A stretch of DNA of 64,000 nucleotides from a virus: positions 627 through 64,626 of the IMG/VR virus record IMGVR_UViG_3300025009_000089, one strand, 5' to 3'. A program made the translations under genes and the position numbers. The notes under the pieces were generated by a model. That model did no database searches. It was not told the origin of the DNA and was given only the letters and a program-made list of their open reading frames with translations. Positions 9,260 to 16,696 of the stretch are shown here, one piece after another. Position 1 is the stretch's first letter, and each line of letters starts with the position of its first letter.

Positions 9260-9289
9260 TTGACAATATCCTGGTCATGATACAAAACT
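9260..9289 (+). promoter_or_regulatory. Possible sigma70-type promoter
   Basis: A-rich UP-like tract then TTGACA; the -10 (TACAAA) is at a non-optimal 15-nt spacing. Confidence 0.35.
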
Positions 9290-9350
9290 GGCCTTAACGG
9301 GAAGAAAATAGTTTTCTCCCATTCAAACACTTTTTAAATGAGGTAATATT

Positions 9351-9764
9351 ATGGCACAGTCAATCTTTGTAACACTTGATACTTTGAAGACGGAAACTTC
9401 TGTACCTGCAATTGGTAGCATGGTTAGTCATACTTTGCCTCGGAGTATCTTTCCGACATCTGAACAATTTGCAGATGAACAAAAGTTGGTTGCATGGGCG
9501 ACTGAGGCTGGATGTCTTCATGCCTGCCTTCAGAAAGGTGTACAGGCAAAACTGATAGATGCTCGTGCAACCTTCAAAGCAACCAAGAAAGGTGCGGAAT
9601 GGTCGCCGGAATTAGGTCAAAGCAATGTGGATGGCATGAAGTGGGAAGCTGCCGAACGTCCGGCAAGCGCAAAGAGTGACGAGCAGAAAGCGATTGAAGC
9701 TATGGCCAAATTGACGCCTGAACAACTTGCGGCAATCATCGCAGGTATGCAGGCAAACAATTAG
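9351..9764 (+). CDS. Hypothetical protein, probable paralog of 20429-20791
   Basis: GAGGT SD; C-terminal EQKAIEAMAKLTPEQLAAII motif shared with three other ORFs. Confidence 0.75.
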   Translation: MAQSIFVTLDTLKTETSVPAIGSMVSHTLPRSIFPTSEQFADEQKLVAWATEAGCLHACLQKGVQAKLIDARATFKATKKGAEWSPELGQSNVDGMKWEAAERPASAKSDEQKAIEAMAKLTPEQLAAIIAGMQANN

Positions 9765-9775
9765 CAACCAACAAA

Positions 9776-9806
9776 CTCGGGCATAGTCCATGCGATTGTG
9801 CCCGAG
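9776..9806 (+). other. Stem-loop after ORF 9351
   Basis: CTCGGGCA/TGCCCGAG plus wobble extension; no U-tract. Confidence 0.55.
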
Positions 9807-9943
9807 CCTAGAGGTGCAAACATGAAATATTCAAAACGATTCATAAGTTTCTTTAACCGAAAATCCGCGCCATATCTGCCTGAATGGGTTATTGAGGCAT
9901 GGTATGTGCAATTCTCAGAAGTTGACTTTCACTTGGTGACATT

Positions 9944-10159
9944 ATGAAAACCTTGAAACTGCAAAAAGATGTAACCTATGGAATTGAGTTTGCAAAAGCA
10001 ATTAAATTGACTTCCAACAGGGAAGAAATGAAAATGGTTCGATGCTTACTATGTGGAGATATTCACAATGTTTCAAGTATGCTCAGATATTTGAATGTAT
10101 ATCCTGAACGGCTGAACAAGGCCATTAAGACAGGAATATATATTGAATTGTGCCGGTAA
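9944..10159 (+). CDS. Hypothetical protein
   Basis: ORF track; co-oriented; CLLC motif. Confidence 0.5.
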   Translation: MKTLKLQKDVTYGIEFAKAIKLTSNREEMKMVRCLLCGDIHNVSSMLRYLNVYPERLNKAIKTGIYIELCR

Positions 10160-10189
10160 TAAAAAGCCTAACAACCTTGATTTAACCTT

Positions 10190-10228
10190 AGCCCGATTAG
10201 GTTCATGTGACCTTTTCGGGCTTTTCTT
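10190..10228 (+). terminator. Probable intrinsic terminator
   Basis: AGCCCGA/TCGGGCT stem with inner AGGT/ACCT, followed by a T-rich tract. Confidence 0.6.
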
Positions 10229-10381
10229 ATTGCTAATGCCTAACAAACTGTAAATTGCCTAACAGACTGGATTGCATAACTATAGATTAGATGCTAGGTG
10301 TATGTGCGTTCGATGATGAACAGAGCTATAGGGTGTCCACACGTAACCAGATGGTGACACACGTAGCCAAACGTAGCCACT

Positions 10382-10462
10382 TGGACACACATAATTGGCA
10401 CCAAACGGACACTAAACATTACCACCAGGCATCGGATGGCACCGGCTGGACACACATAATTG
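10382..10462 (+). repeat. Direct repeat TGGACACACATAATTG x2 within GGACAC/GTCACC/GGCACC-rich non-coding DNA
   Basis: Exact 16-mers at 10382-10397 and 10447-10462. Confidence 0.7.
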
Positions 10463-10583
10463 TCACCACCTGGCACCACACTAACATCAACTGTCACCAT
10501 ATGGACACAGGCAAGCTAGAAAAAGGTAATCATTTCAAAGAGTTGCGTGCCTGTGTGTCCAAAAGTGGCCAATAGTGTCCAAC

Positions 10584-10692
10584 CGTACACCACCCCCCTG
10601 TGTCGTGAGTGTGTGATGGTAGTCTGTTTTAGTATTTAATTTTTTTATTAAATACTTAAATACGAGGTCCAGAGACGGGGGGGAGGTGTACG
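10584..10692. repeat. Nested inverted repeat around an AT-rich palindrome (origin- or terminus-like)
   Basis: CGTACACC-A-CCCCCC-TGTGTC (10584-10604) pairs imperfectly with GAGAC-GGGGGGG-A-GGTGTACG (10672-10692); central AGTATTTAA/TTAAATACT (10631-10656). Confidence 0.65.
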
Positions 10693-10843
10693 CACGGACT
10701 CTTTTGACGCCAACCGTACACAGCCCTCAAATTCTCCAACAATATCAACCACTTACACAAGCAACCTGTCACCAACCGGACACAAACGGCACCACAACAG
10801 TACCACCCGTAACCAAAAATCGTCACCACCCGGCACCAAACCC

Positions 10844-10873
10844 TTGACAACCGTCACCAACCCATGTTACACT
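10844..10873 (+). promoter_or_regulatory. Sigma70-type promoter with extended -10
   Basis: TTGACA-N18-TACACT, preceded by TG. Confidence 0.55.
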
Positions 10874-10928
10874 GTAACCAAATGTGGCCACCTGTAACCA
10901 CCAACCAACCTCAACCAACGGAGCTATA

Positions 10929-11114
10929 ATGAAAGCCAAGGACTTAATAAAACTACTCGAAACACAGCCTGAAGATGATGTAATTATTATGGAAGAGGAC
11001 AATGAAATTCTTACCGGCTATACAATCCATCTTATAACTCCAACATTAGTTAGAAGTAACGATGTTAGAAAAGCTATATGTTTTAAGAAACACGCCTGGA
11101 TATTTCGTATTTAA
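10929..11114 (+). CDS. Hypothetical protein (MKAKDLIKLLE type)
   Basis: ATG 10929 after a GGAG SD, inside track ORF 10884-11114. Confidence 0.55.
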   Translation: MKAKDLIKLLETQPEDDVIIMEEDNEILTGYTIHLITPTLVRSNDVRKAICFKKHAWIFRI

Positions 11115-11136
11115 TTCAACCAACGGAGCAACCATT

Positions 11137-11715
11137 ATGTCAAGCCCTCATATGTCATTTCGCCTGAACCATTACCAACTCGCCAAAGCATTAAGAATCC
11201 TTGTAACTCTGGAACCTGACCAACCAATAGCATCATTATCCCAGGCAGCCAAGCTAATAATCATTGACTGGATATCGAAGCACTCTATTCACACATCTTT
11301 AGAGTGCGCTCAGGCAGACATAAAAGCTATTGAGACAATCATCGCTCTGCCTGTAGATCGAATAGACCCATACACAACCATTCGGCAGATTATGGCTCAA
11401 GCAAAGGAGCAATCTCAACCATTCCAGGCACAACAAGAATTTCAGATAAAAGCCCAGGCAGTTAAATCAGCCCAGCAGATACAGAGAGATATCGAAGATA
11501 CCAGACTCTTTGAACAGCTCAGACGTGAACATGCATTAAAAGAAGCACAAGAAGCAAAAGATAAAGAGATTGACGAACAAATAGAATTATCTTTGCAAAC
11601 AAGAAAACCACTTCCCAAACCGTCAGAATTTCATGATCCAAACAACACAGACTCAGAAATATCCACTGTAACTGACTTCAGCCCGCCGAAAGATTGGATT
11701 GACAGCGAGGAATAA
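11137..11715 (+). CDS. Ribbon-helix-helix-like protein with coiled-coil extension (paralog family A)
   Basis: MSSPHMSFRLNHYQLAKAL...SLSQAAKLI aligns with ORFs 14993 and 15589; start at ATG 11137 behind a GGAG SD. Confidence 0.55.
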   Translation: MSSPHMSFRLNHYQLAKALRILVTLEPDQPIASLSQAAKLIIIDWISKHSIHTSLECAQADIKAIETIIALPVDRIDPYTTIRQIMAQAKEQSQPFQAQQEFQIKAQAVKSAQQIQRDIEDTRLFEQLRREHALKEAQEAKDKEIDEQIELSLQTRKPLPKPSEFHDPNNTDSEISTVTDFSPPKDWIDSEE

Positions 11716-11971
11716 GCATAACTAATGATCGGGCATAACGTGGTGGAATTACACAGTTTTTACGTTATGCCCGTTACAGCCCTACAACGGCCTACACGCC
11801 ACGTTCCCAACCGTCCATGCAACCGTACCAACACGCCACGTCCGGCCCGCTACGGCCATCCTACGACCATCCTGGACCTATCCCGGCCGGCCACCATACT
11901 ATATACACGCCACCGACCAACTACCACACCGTAGCACACACCACAACCGTAAACCGCCTACATGTTTTTTG

Positions 11972-12000
11972 TTGACAACCCTGCATGTATACGGTAAAAT
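11972..12000 (+). promoter_or_regulatory. Near-consensus sigma70 promoter
   Basis: TTGACA-N17-TAAAAT with an upstream T-tract. Confidence 0.8.
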
Positions 12001-12080
12001 AACACAAGATACAGCCATACCCATTGTTCAGGTAGCTACGCTGCAAACTACAAAGCACTTAACAGTTAAGGAGAAAAACT

Positions 12081-12245
12081 ATGAAAGCATCAAACAAGGT
12101 GGAAATCACAATAGATGCTAACGGTACATTAAAAACTATTACCTTTAACGGAAGTCTTGAAAAACTTATAGAACATTTCTACAAGGCTGGCCTTATCACA
12201 AAAACAGAGTTTGAACAGTTCAAGGAAAGGCCTGAAAAAGGATAA
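12081..12245 (+). CDS. Hypothetical protein (54 aa)
   Basis: TAAGGAG SD; hand translation MKASNKVEITIDANG...; below the track cut-off. Confidence 0.6.
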   Translation: MKASNKVEITIDANGTLKTITFNGSLEKLIEHFYKAGLITKTEFEQFKERPEKG

Positions 12246-12256
12246 ATAATAATTTA

Positions 12257-12298
12257 GCCTGAATTACACTAGCTTAGTTTAATTAGTGTAATTCAGGC
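12257..12298. other. Perfect 15-bp inverted repeat (hairpin; terminator or processing site)
   Basis: GCCTGAATTACACTA / TAGTGTAATTCAGGC. Confidence 0.75.
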
Positions 12299-12325
12299 AA
12301 AAATCACAATAACTGAAGAAAAATT

Positions 12326-12505
12326 ATGAACATGGCAAAAGAAAGACATCGATTAATTATAAAAATCCTTCGTGAAGATTATACTGGACTGACTAAAAAT
12401 GTATCTGACCGTCAAATTCTAAACGATATTGTAACAATCTTATTATCCAGGAAAATATGTCCGAAAAGCATACAAAAACTATATAAACGATTAGACAATA
12501 TCTAA
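12326..12505 (+). CDS. Hypothetical protein (59 aa)
   Basis: Hand translation; co-oriented and fills the gap. Confidence 0.4.
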   Translation: MNMAKERHRLIIKILREDYTGLTKNVSDRQILNDIVTILLSRKICPKSIQKLYKRLDNI

Positions 12506-12539
12506 CAATTTTGCTTAATCACTTGATAAGGATTAACTA

Positions 12540-12740
12540 TTGGAGACTCTCATGCAACAGTTAAAGCCAAACCAAATAGATGCCTGGCCAGTTTTACGAT
12601 GGTCCGAAGCAGCCAGCCTATTTAAAAAGTTAATCCACTCCAACGATATGCACCAAGAAAAATACCTTAGCCTTTTCACAGCAATACTTAGTAAAAGATT
12701 AGCTACTAAAATGCTGGAATTAATTATACCAATGAGATAA
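12540..12740 (+). CDS. Hypothetical protein
   Basis: ORF track; the start may be ATG 12551 after GGAG. Confidence 0.45.
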   Translation: METLMQQLKPNQIDAWPVLRWSEAASLFKKLIHSNDMHQEKYLSLFTAILSKRLATKMLELIIPMR

Positions 12741-12857
12741 CTTTCAGCTAAATTACAACAATCAGAGGTTATACAATGAAAACATTCATCGAATTTGGAA
12801 TCAGAGGTGATTTACATAGTGGAACAATCAAAAATTGTTTAACCCAACGGAGATAAT

Positions 12858-13292
12858 ATGAAAACCACTTCAAAAAGCGTAACCTCTGAATTATCCGCAT
12901 GTAAGAAAACAGCTCTAATTTGGCAAGAACTTGCTCGTACTGGTGATAAATATAAAGAGAGTGCAATTATTAAAGTATTTTCATCTGATCCTTATTTTTC
13001 TAACGATTGTCCTTGCTGTGAATTTGTTGGTGATACAGAATCATATGACGGTATAAAATTAGATGACACTCTTAACAATTGTCCAGCTTGCCCAATGAAG
13101 GATTTCTGGCCAAGTAATATGCCTTTCTATATGTGCTGTGATGAAAAATCAGAAGATGATTTTATTGGGATCTTTATGATGTGGACAGATGCAGAAAAGT
13201 TTAAAGATCGTCGAAAACATGCCACCACAATATATCACCTCGCTCTTGAAGCATCTGAATACTGGCAAGGGATGAAAGATATGAATTCATAG
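12858..13292 (+). CDS. Cys-rich hypothetical protein
   Basis: GGAG SD; CPCCEF and CPACPM motifs suggest metal binding. Confidence 0.65.
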   Translation: MKTTSKSVTSELSACKKTALIWQELARTGDKYKESAIIKVFSSDPYFSNDCPCCEFVGDTESYDGIKLDDTLNNCPACPMKDFWPSNMPFYMCCDEKSEDDFIGIFMMWTDAEKFKDRRKHATTIYHLALEASEYWQGMKDMNS

Positions 13293-13496
13293 TTGATTAA
13301 CCAAACTAAGCAACGAAGTTGCCTACCTGTAACCACCAGCCATAAGGAGAATATTATGCACCATTGGACACATTACAGATGGACTGAGGGCACAGAAGTA
13401 ATTACAAACCACAGTGATTATATAGAAGAGATGTTTTATACCTTTTCAGCAGTTTCAAAAAGACTGGGAGATTATTGTTGGCGGAAAGCTTGGTAA
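13293..13496 (+). CDS. Hypothetical protein
   Basis: ORF track; the true start is probably the internal MHHW behind TAAGGAG. Confidence 0.4.
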   Translation: MINQTKQRSCLPVTTSHKENIMHHWTHYRWTEGTEVITNHSDYIEEMFYTFSAVSKRLGDYCWRKAW

Positions 13497-13521
13497 ACCT
13501 CAAATTAGGATATAAATCATC

Positions 13522-13734
13522 ATGGCTTATACTACTCACAACTATAGAACAAAGAAAGAAATTAAACTTGCCCTTGCAGCCGGCCAGAAAATAACTTGCT
13601 TCCAGCCCGGACCTTTTGGACCATCAGTCCCTGCGAACGGAACAATCTATTTAGAAGGCCCACACTTTCAGGAGCCTCACAAATGGTACGGCCAGGGCCA
13701 GATGAAGGATGGCCAGCTGGTGAATATTAAATAA
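13522..13734 (+). CDS. Conserved-looking small phage protein
   Basis: NYRTKK...QPGPFG...LEGPH..PHKWY pattern. Confidence 0.6.
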   Translation: MAYTTHNYRTKKEIKLALAAGQKITCFQPGPFGPSVPANGTIYLEGPHFQEPHKWYGQGQMKDGQLVNIK

Positions 13735-13765
13735 GATTCAAACAACTTAAAAAGGAGCAATCATC

Positions 13766-13960
13766 ATGAATAAGCAAAGCTACGAAACTCGGTCTGGTTA
13801 TTTCTGCAAATGTGGAAAATCAATTAAAATGAACCTCTTTAGTAAGAAAAATAGAAAAGATTTTCTTTGTTACAAGTGCCACAGAATTTCAATCGGAAAG
13901 CCAGCTCAGCATGTGCCACGAAGAAAAAGGCTTGATGCAGGACTGCCAGTACATAACTAA
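13766..13960 (+). CDS. Small Zn-finger-like protein
   Basis: AAGGAG SD; CKCG...CYKC. Confidence 0.55.
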   Translation: MNKQSYETRSGYFCKCGKSIKMNLFSKKNRKDFLCYKCHRISIGKPAQHVPRRKRLDAGLPVHN

Positions 13961-14035
13961 ATTGATTGCCTAATCACCAGGTCAAAGCCCTTGCAACCAT
14001 AAGAAGTTTTTGACCTGGTTATGAGTTAGTCAATT
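13960..14035. other. Long imperfect hairpin
   Basis: CCAGGTCAAA (13977-13986) / TTTGACCTGG (14009-14018), with outer AATTGA/TCAATT pairing. Confidence 0.6.
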
Positions 14036-14049
14036 TAATAACCTCAACA

Positions 14050-14262
14050 ATGGAGCTAGCCATGAAAGCTAAGCAGCGTAGCAATAAGAACCATTTCACA
14101 CCGATTGAAACCATTAATATCGAAGCTATTTGCCTTGGTATTCTTTGGACATTCGGTGCAATAGCCACAGTTAGCCTGCTTATCTTCTTTGGAATCCACG
14201 AAGTAAAGGAAGTATTCCAACCAATTGTTGATGCTTTGCAAGTTCAGCCAACGATCAAGTAA
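14050..14262 (+). CDS. Small membrane protein
   Basis: One hydrophobic segment (ICLGILWTFGAIATVSLLIFFGI). Confidence 0.55.
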   Translation: MELAMKAKQRSNKNHFTPIETINIEAICLGILWTFGAIATVSLLIFFGIHEVKEVFQPIVDALQVQPTIK

Positions 14263-14297
14263 AAACCATGCTATCTTGCCAAATGTTTAGTTTAGCT

Positions 14298-14312
14298 GTT
14301 CACTTATGAACG
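14298..14312. promoter_or_regulatory. Operator-like palindrome (copy 2)
   Basis: GTTCACTTATGAACG, identical to 8506-8520. Confidence 0.5.
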
Positions 14313-14352
14313 TTCATTATAAAAACCAACCAATTGGGAGACTGTAGCAATT

Positions 14353-14541
14353 ATGAAAGGCAAAACAATTCGTTTCTACAACAGATTTGGAACTCATATG
14401 GGATGGAAATATCTTGCCAATGTAACATACTTTGAATTGATTAACTGGCTCAAGACTGGCAACACATTAAGATTCCAGAAACAAATCTTGACTAAGCAAT
14501 CCACCAGTAATGAAATCTTCAAACTTTTGCGGAGGTCATAG
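14353..14541 (+). CDS. Hypothetical protein
   Basis: ORF track; GGGAG SD. Confidence 0.55.
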   Translation: MKGKTIRFYNRFGTHMGWKYLANVTYFELINWLKTGNTLRFQKQILTKQSTSNEIFKLLRRS

Positions 14542-14543
14542 CC

Positions 14544-14990
14544 ATGAAAAAACTCTGTCCAGTTTGCAACACTCTCAATGAAGCAGTCGCATTCAATTTA
14601 ACGGAAAAAGAAATTCATAACATTGCAAAGATTGGCTTGTCCGAACAGCTTTGCAAGACTTGCTATCAGAAGGAACTTGCCACCAGGTTAGAAACAACAA
14701 AATCCGAACTCATCCCACTGAATAAAGAGAAAGAAATTACTCAAACTGCTTACCATAAAGCCTATGAAGCCTGGAAAGACGTAGCCAGCATTTATCAAGC
14801 TATCGACTATAATCTCAACATGAATAAGCACGCAATCAAAATGAAAGAATCAGTCAAAATTAGGGTACTAAAAACTAGTGAACCAGTCAACATTGAACTC
14901 CTTTGTCAGCAGATTCTATCATCCCTAAGTAAAGAACAACAACAGGCGATCATTCAAACCTTTAAAGCAACTCAAACTATTGGTAATTAA
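14544..14990 (+). CDS. Zn-finger plus coiled-coil protein
   Basis: CPVC...CKTC, coiled coil, C-terminal LSSLSKEQQQAII motif. Confidence 0.65.
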   Translation: MKKLCPVCNTLNEAVAFNLTEKEIHNIAKIGLSEQLCKTCYQKELATRLETTKSELIPLNKEKEITQTAYHKAYEAWKDVASIYQAIDYNLNMNKHAIKMKESVKIRVLKTSEPVNIELLCQQILSSLSKEQQQAIIQTFKATQTIGN

Positions 14991-14992
14991 TC

Positions 14993-15256
14993 ATGAGCAG
15001 TCCAATCATAACATTCCGCCTCACCCACCATCAACTTGCTCTCGGCCTGCAAATTGTACGCAGCCTGGAGCCAAATTTCCAACTTACCAGCCTATCGCAA
15101 CTGGTTAAGATCATCTATACTGATTACCTGGCAAAAATGCCCCTTGATCAAACAGATGAAATAGACCAAGACATTATGCAAGAAATTCAAGTTTTCATCT
15201 TCAACCCCAGAAAGAAAGAAATCAACTTAGCATCACTAGCAGATCAAGAGGCTTAA
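14993..15256 (+). CDS. Ribbon-helix-helix-like protein (paralog family A)
   Basis: MSSPIITFRLTHHQLA...SLSQLVKII, clearly similar to the N-terminus of ORF 11137. Confidence 0.6.
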   Translation: MSSPIITFRLTHHQLALGLQIVRSLEPNFQLTSLSQLVKIIYTDYLAKMPLDQTDEIDQDIMQEIQVFIFNPRKKEINLASLADQEA

Positions 15257-15257
15257 C

Positions 15258-15560
15258 ATGAAAAGAATACAAGTAAACAACATTGTTATTTGTAAAACAT
15301 ATTATGCAGTATGTGTTGGTTCAATATCAGTAATACAATTTGAAGAAATAATGATACCTAAAGCTACAGTACATAATTTCAGCACAGGTTTCACTTATGA
15401 CTGGTATTTGTCTGATATTGGCATTGAATATGAAAATGAATCATATGTAAACAATCTTAATCGAGTATTTGAGACGGAAGAAGAAGCCAGAAACTGGATA
15501 AGCACTGAAACATATCAACAGGAGTTATGGCATCATAGAAGCTTTTGTAGCTATATGTAA
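15258..15560 (+). CDS. Hypothetical protein
   Basis: ORF track; tightly packed with neighbours. Confidence 0.55.
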   Translation: MKRIQVNNIVICKTYYAVCVGSISVIQFEEIMIPKATVHNFSTGFTYDWYLSDIGIEYENESYVNNLNRVFETEEEARNWISTETYQQELWHHRSFCSYM

Positions 15561-15588
15561 ATTAAACTATTAATAAAGGAACCCAATC

Positions 15589-15849
15589 ATGAGCAAAACT
15601 CGTGTAGTTTCAACCAGAATGACTATTGAAGACCTTGCCAAAGCTCGTGACGGCCTACTTGCCAAAGGCATCGATCCAGCTGATTTAACAACAACTAGCC
15701 AGCTTATCAAACTTACTTTCTATTACGGAATTATTTATTTATGTCACGATCCAAAATCCCCTCCCAGCCAGGAAGCTACAGACTTTGTAAAGCAGAAATT
15801 CAGCCAAACAAAAGTAACCAGAGGAATGGCTTTAACTGATCTGGAGTAA
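15589..15849 (+). CDS. Ribbon-helix-helix-like protein (paralog family A)
   Basis: VVSTRMTIEDLAKA...TTSQLIKL; AAGGA SD. Confidence 0.55.
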   Translation: MSKTRVVSTRMTIEDLAKARDGLLAKGIDPADLTTTSQLIKLTFYYGIIYLCHDPKSPPSQEATDFVKQKFSQTKVTRGMALTDLE

Positions 15850-15997
15850 ATCAATGAAATTAATTATTAAACTTCTTGCATCTATTATTATTTTAATTCT
15901 ATTCGGCATTGCAGGAGAAATGGATTATCAACATACCATCTTACAACAAGAACCATTAGTTCAATATTAAAAGAACAACCTTATTAGGAGAATAAAT

Positions 15998-16294
15998 ATG
16001 TTTGAAGGAAAAAAGATTAAATACTTTAATGGCTATGCTATCTATGATGCAATTGTAATTTCTTGTATAAAAGATATCGGAATCAGTATTGTGCAAGAAA
16101 GTAATCAGGAGAAATTTTGTCTTTGCCATAACATGAAAAATTCTCCAAAATTTATACCCGGAAAAGGAGAAATAACTCAAACAAGGAAAACATTTACAAA
16201 GATTAGGCAAATGATAATAAATGGTTATGTAGACGGTCCTGCTTTGAATGGATCAAAAAATCCAAGCACAATTAAATGCCCATTTGGAAACTAG
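15998..16294 (+). CDS. Hypothetical protein
   Basis: AGGAG SD; ORF track. Confidence 0.55.
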   Translation: MFEGKKIKYFNGYAIYDAIVISCIKDIGISIVQESNQEKFCLCHNMKNSPKFIPGKGEITQTRKTFTKIRQMIINGYVDGPALNGSKNPSTIKCPFGN

Positions 16295-16298
16295 TGTC

Positions 16299-16535
16299 AT
16301 GAAAAACTTCCCACAATATAAAACTCCAGCTAACTTTCTTTGCCCAGCCTGCAATCAGCCATGCACCATAATTGCCTTAGACGATTCATTTGGCTATTCT
16401 GGTACTCATTGCACTTATGGCCAAGCTGGCATTCACTATCCATCTGATTATGGCTCACCTGTAACTGATTGCTGCGAAGCTGATGTACCAGAAGCTGAGA
16501 TGGATGAACCAGATTATTATGATTATGGAGAATAA
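16299..16535 (+). CDS. Cys/His-rich hypothetical protein
   Basis: CPAC...HC...DCC; start placed at ATG 16299 within track ORF 16248. Confidence 0.5.
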   Translation: MKNFPQYKTPANFLCPACNQPCTIIALDDSFGYSGTHCTYGQAGIHYPSDYGSPVTDCCEADVPEAEMDEPDYYDYGE

Positions 16536-16696
16536 TTATGTGGAAAAAATTTGGTACATGCAAAGTTTGTGGAAAAGATTAAAGTTAAAAGTACCAAATG
16601 TTCTGCCAAAGCATTCAGTAAATAAAACTGTCTGCTCAGGATCAAATCTACCAGGATCAAATCATTGTTATGAAATTATAAAAAAGGATATGAATC

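Noticed and set aside
8779-10462. Possible CRISPR mini-array from the short direct repeats
   Set aside because: Only two exact copies of 15-17 bp each, below CRISPR repeat length, with irregular or zero spacing and no cas genes. The Cas4-like nuclease at 20909 sits in a recombination module.
10291-10850. Track ORFs 10291-10575, 10294-10500 and 10656-10850
   Set aside because: No SD, and biased His/Thr or Val/Cys compositions that simply reflect the repeated non-coding motifs.
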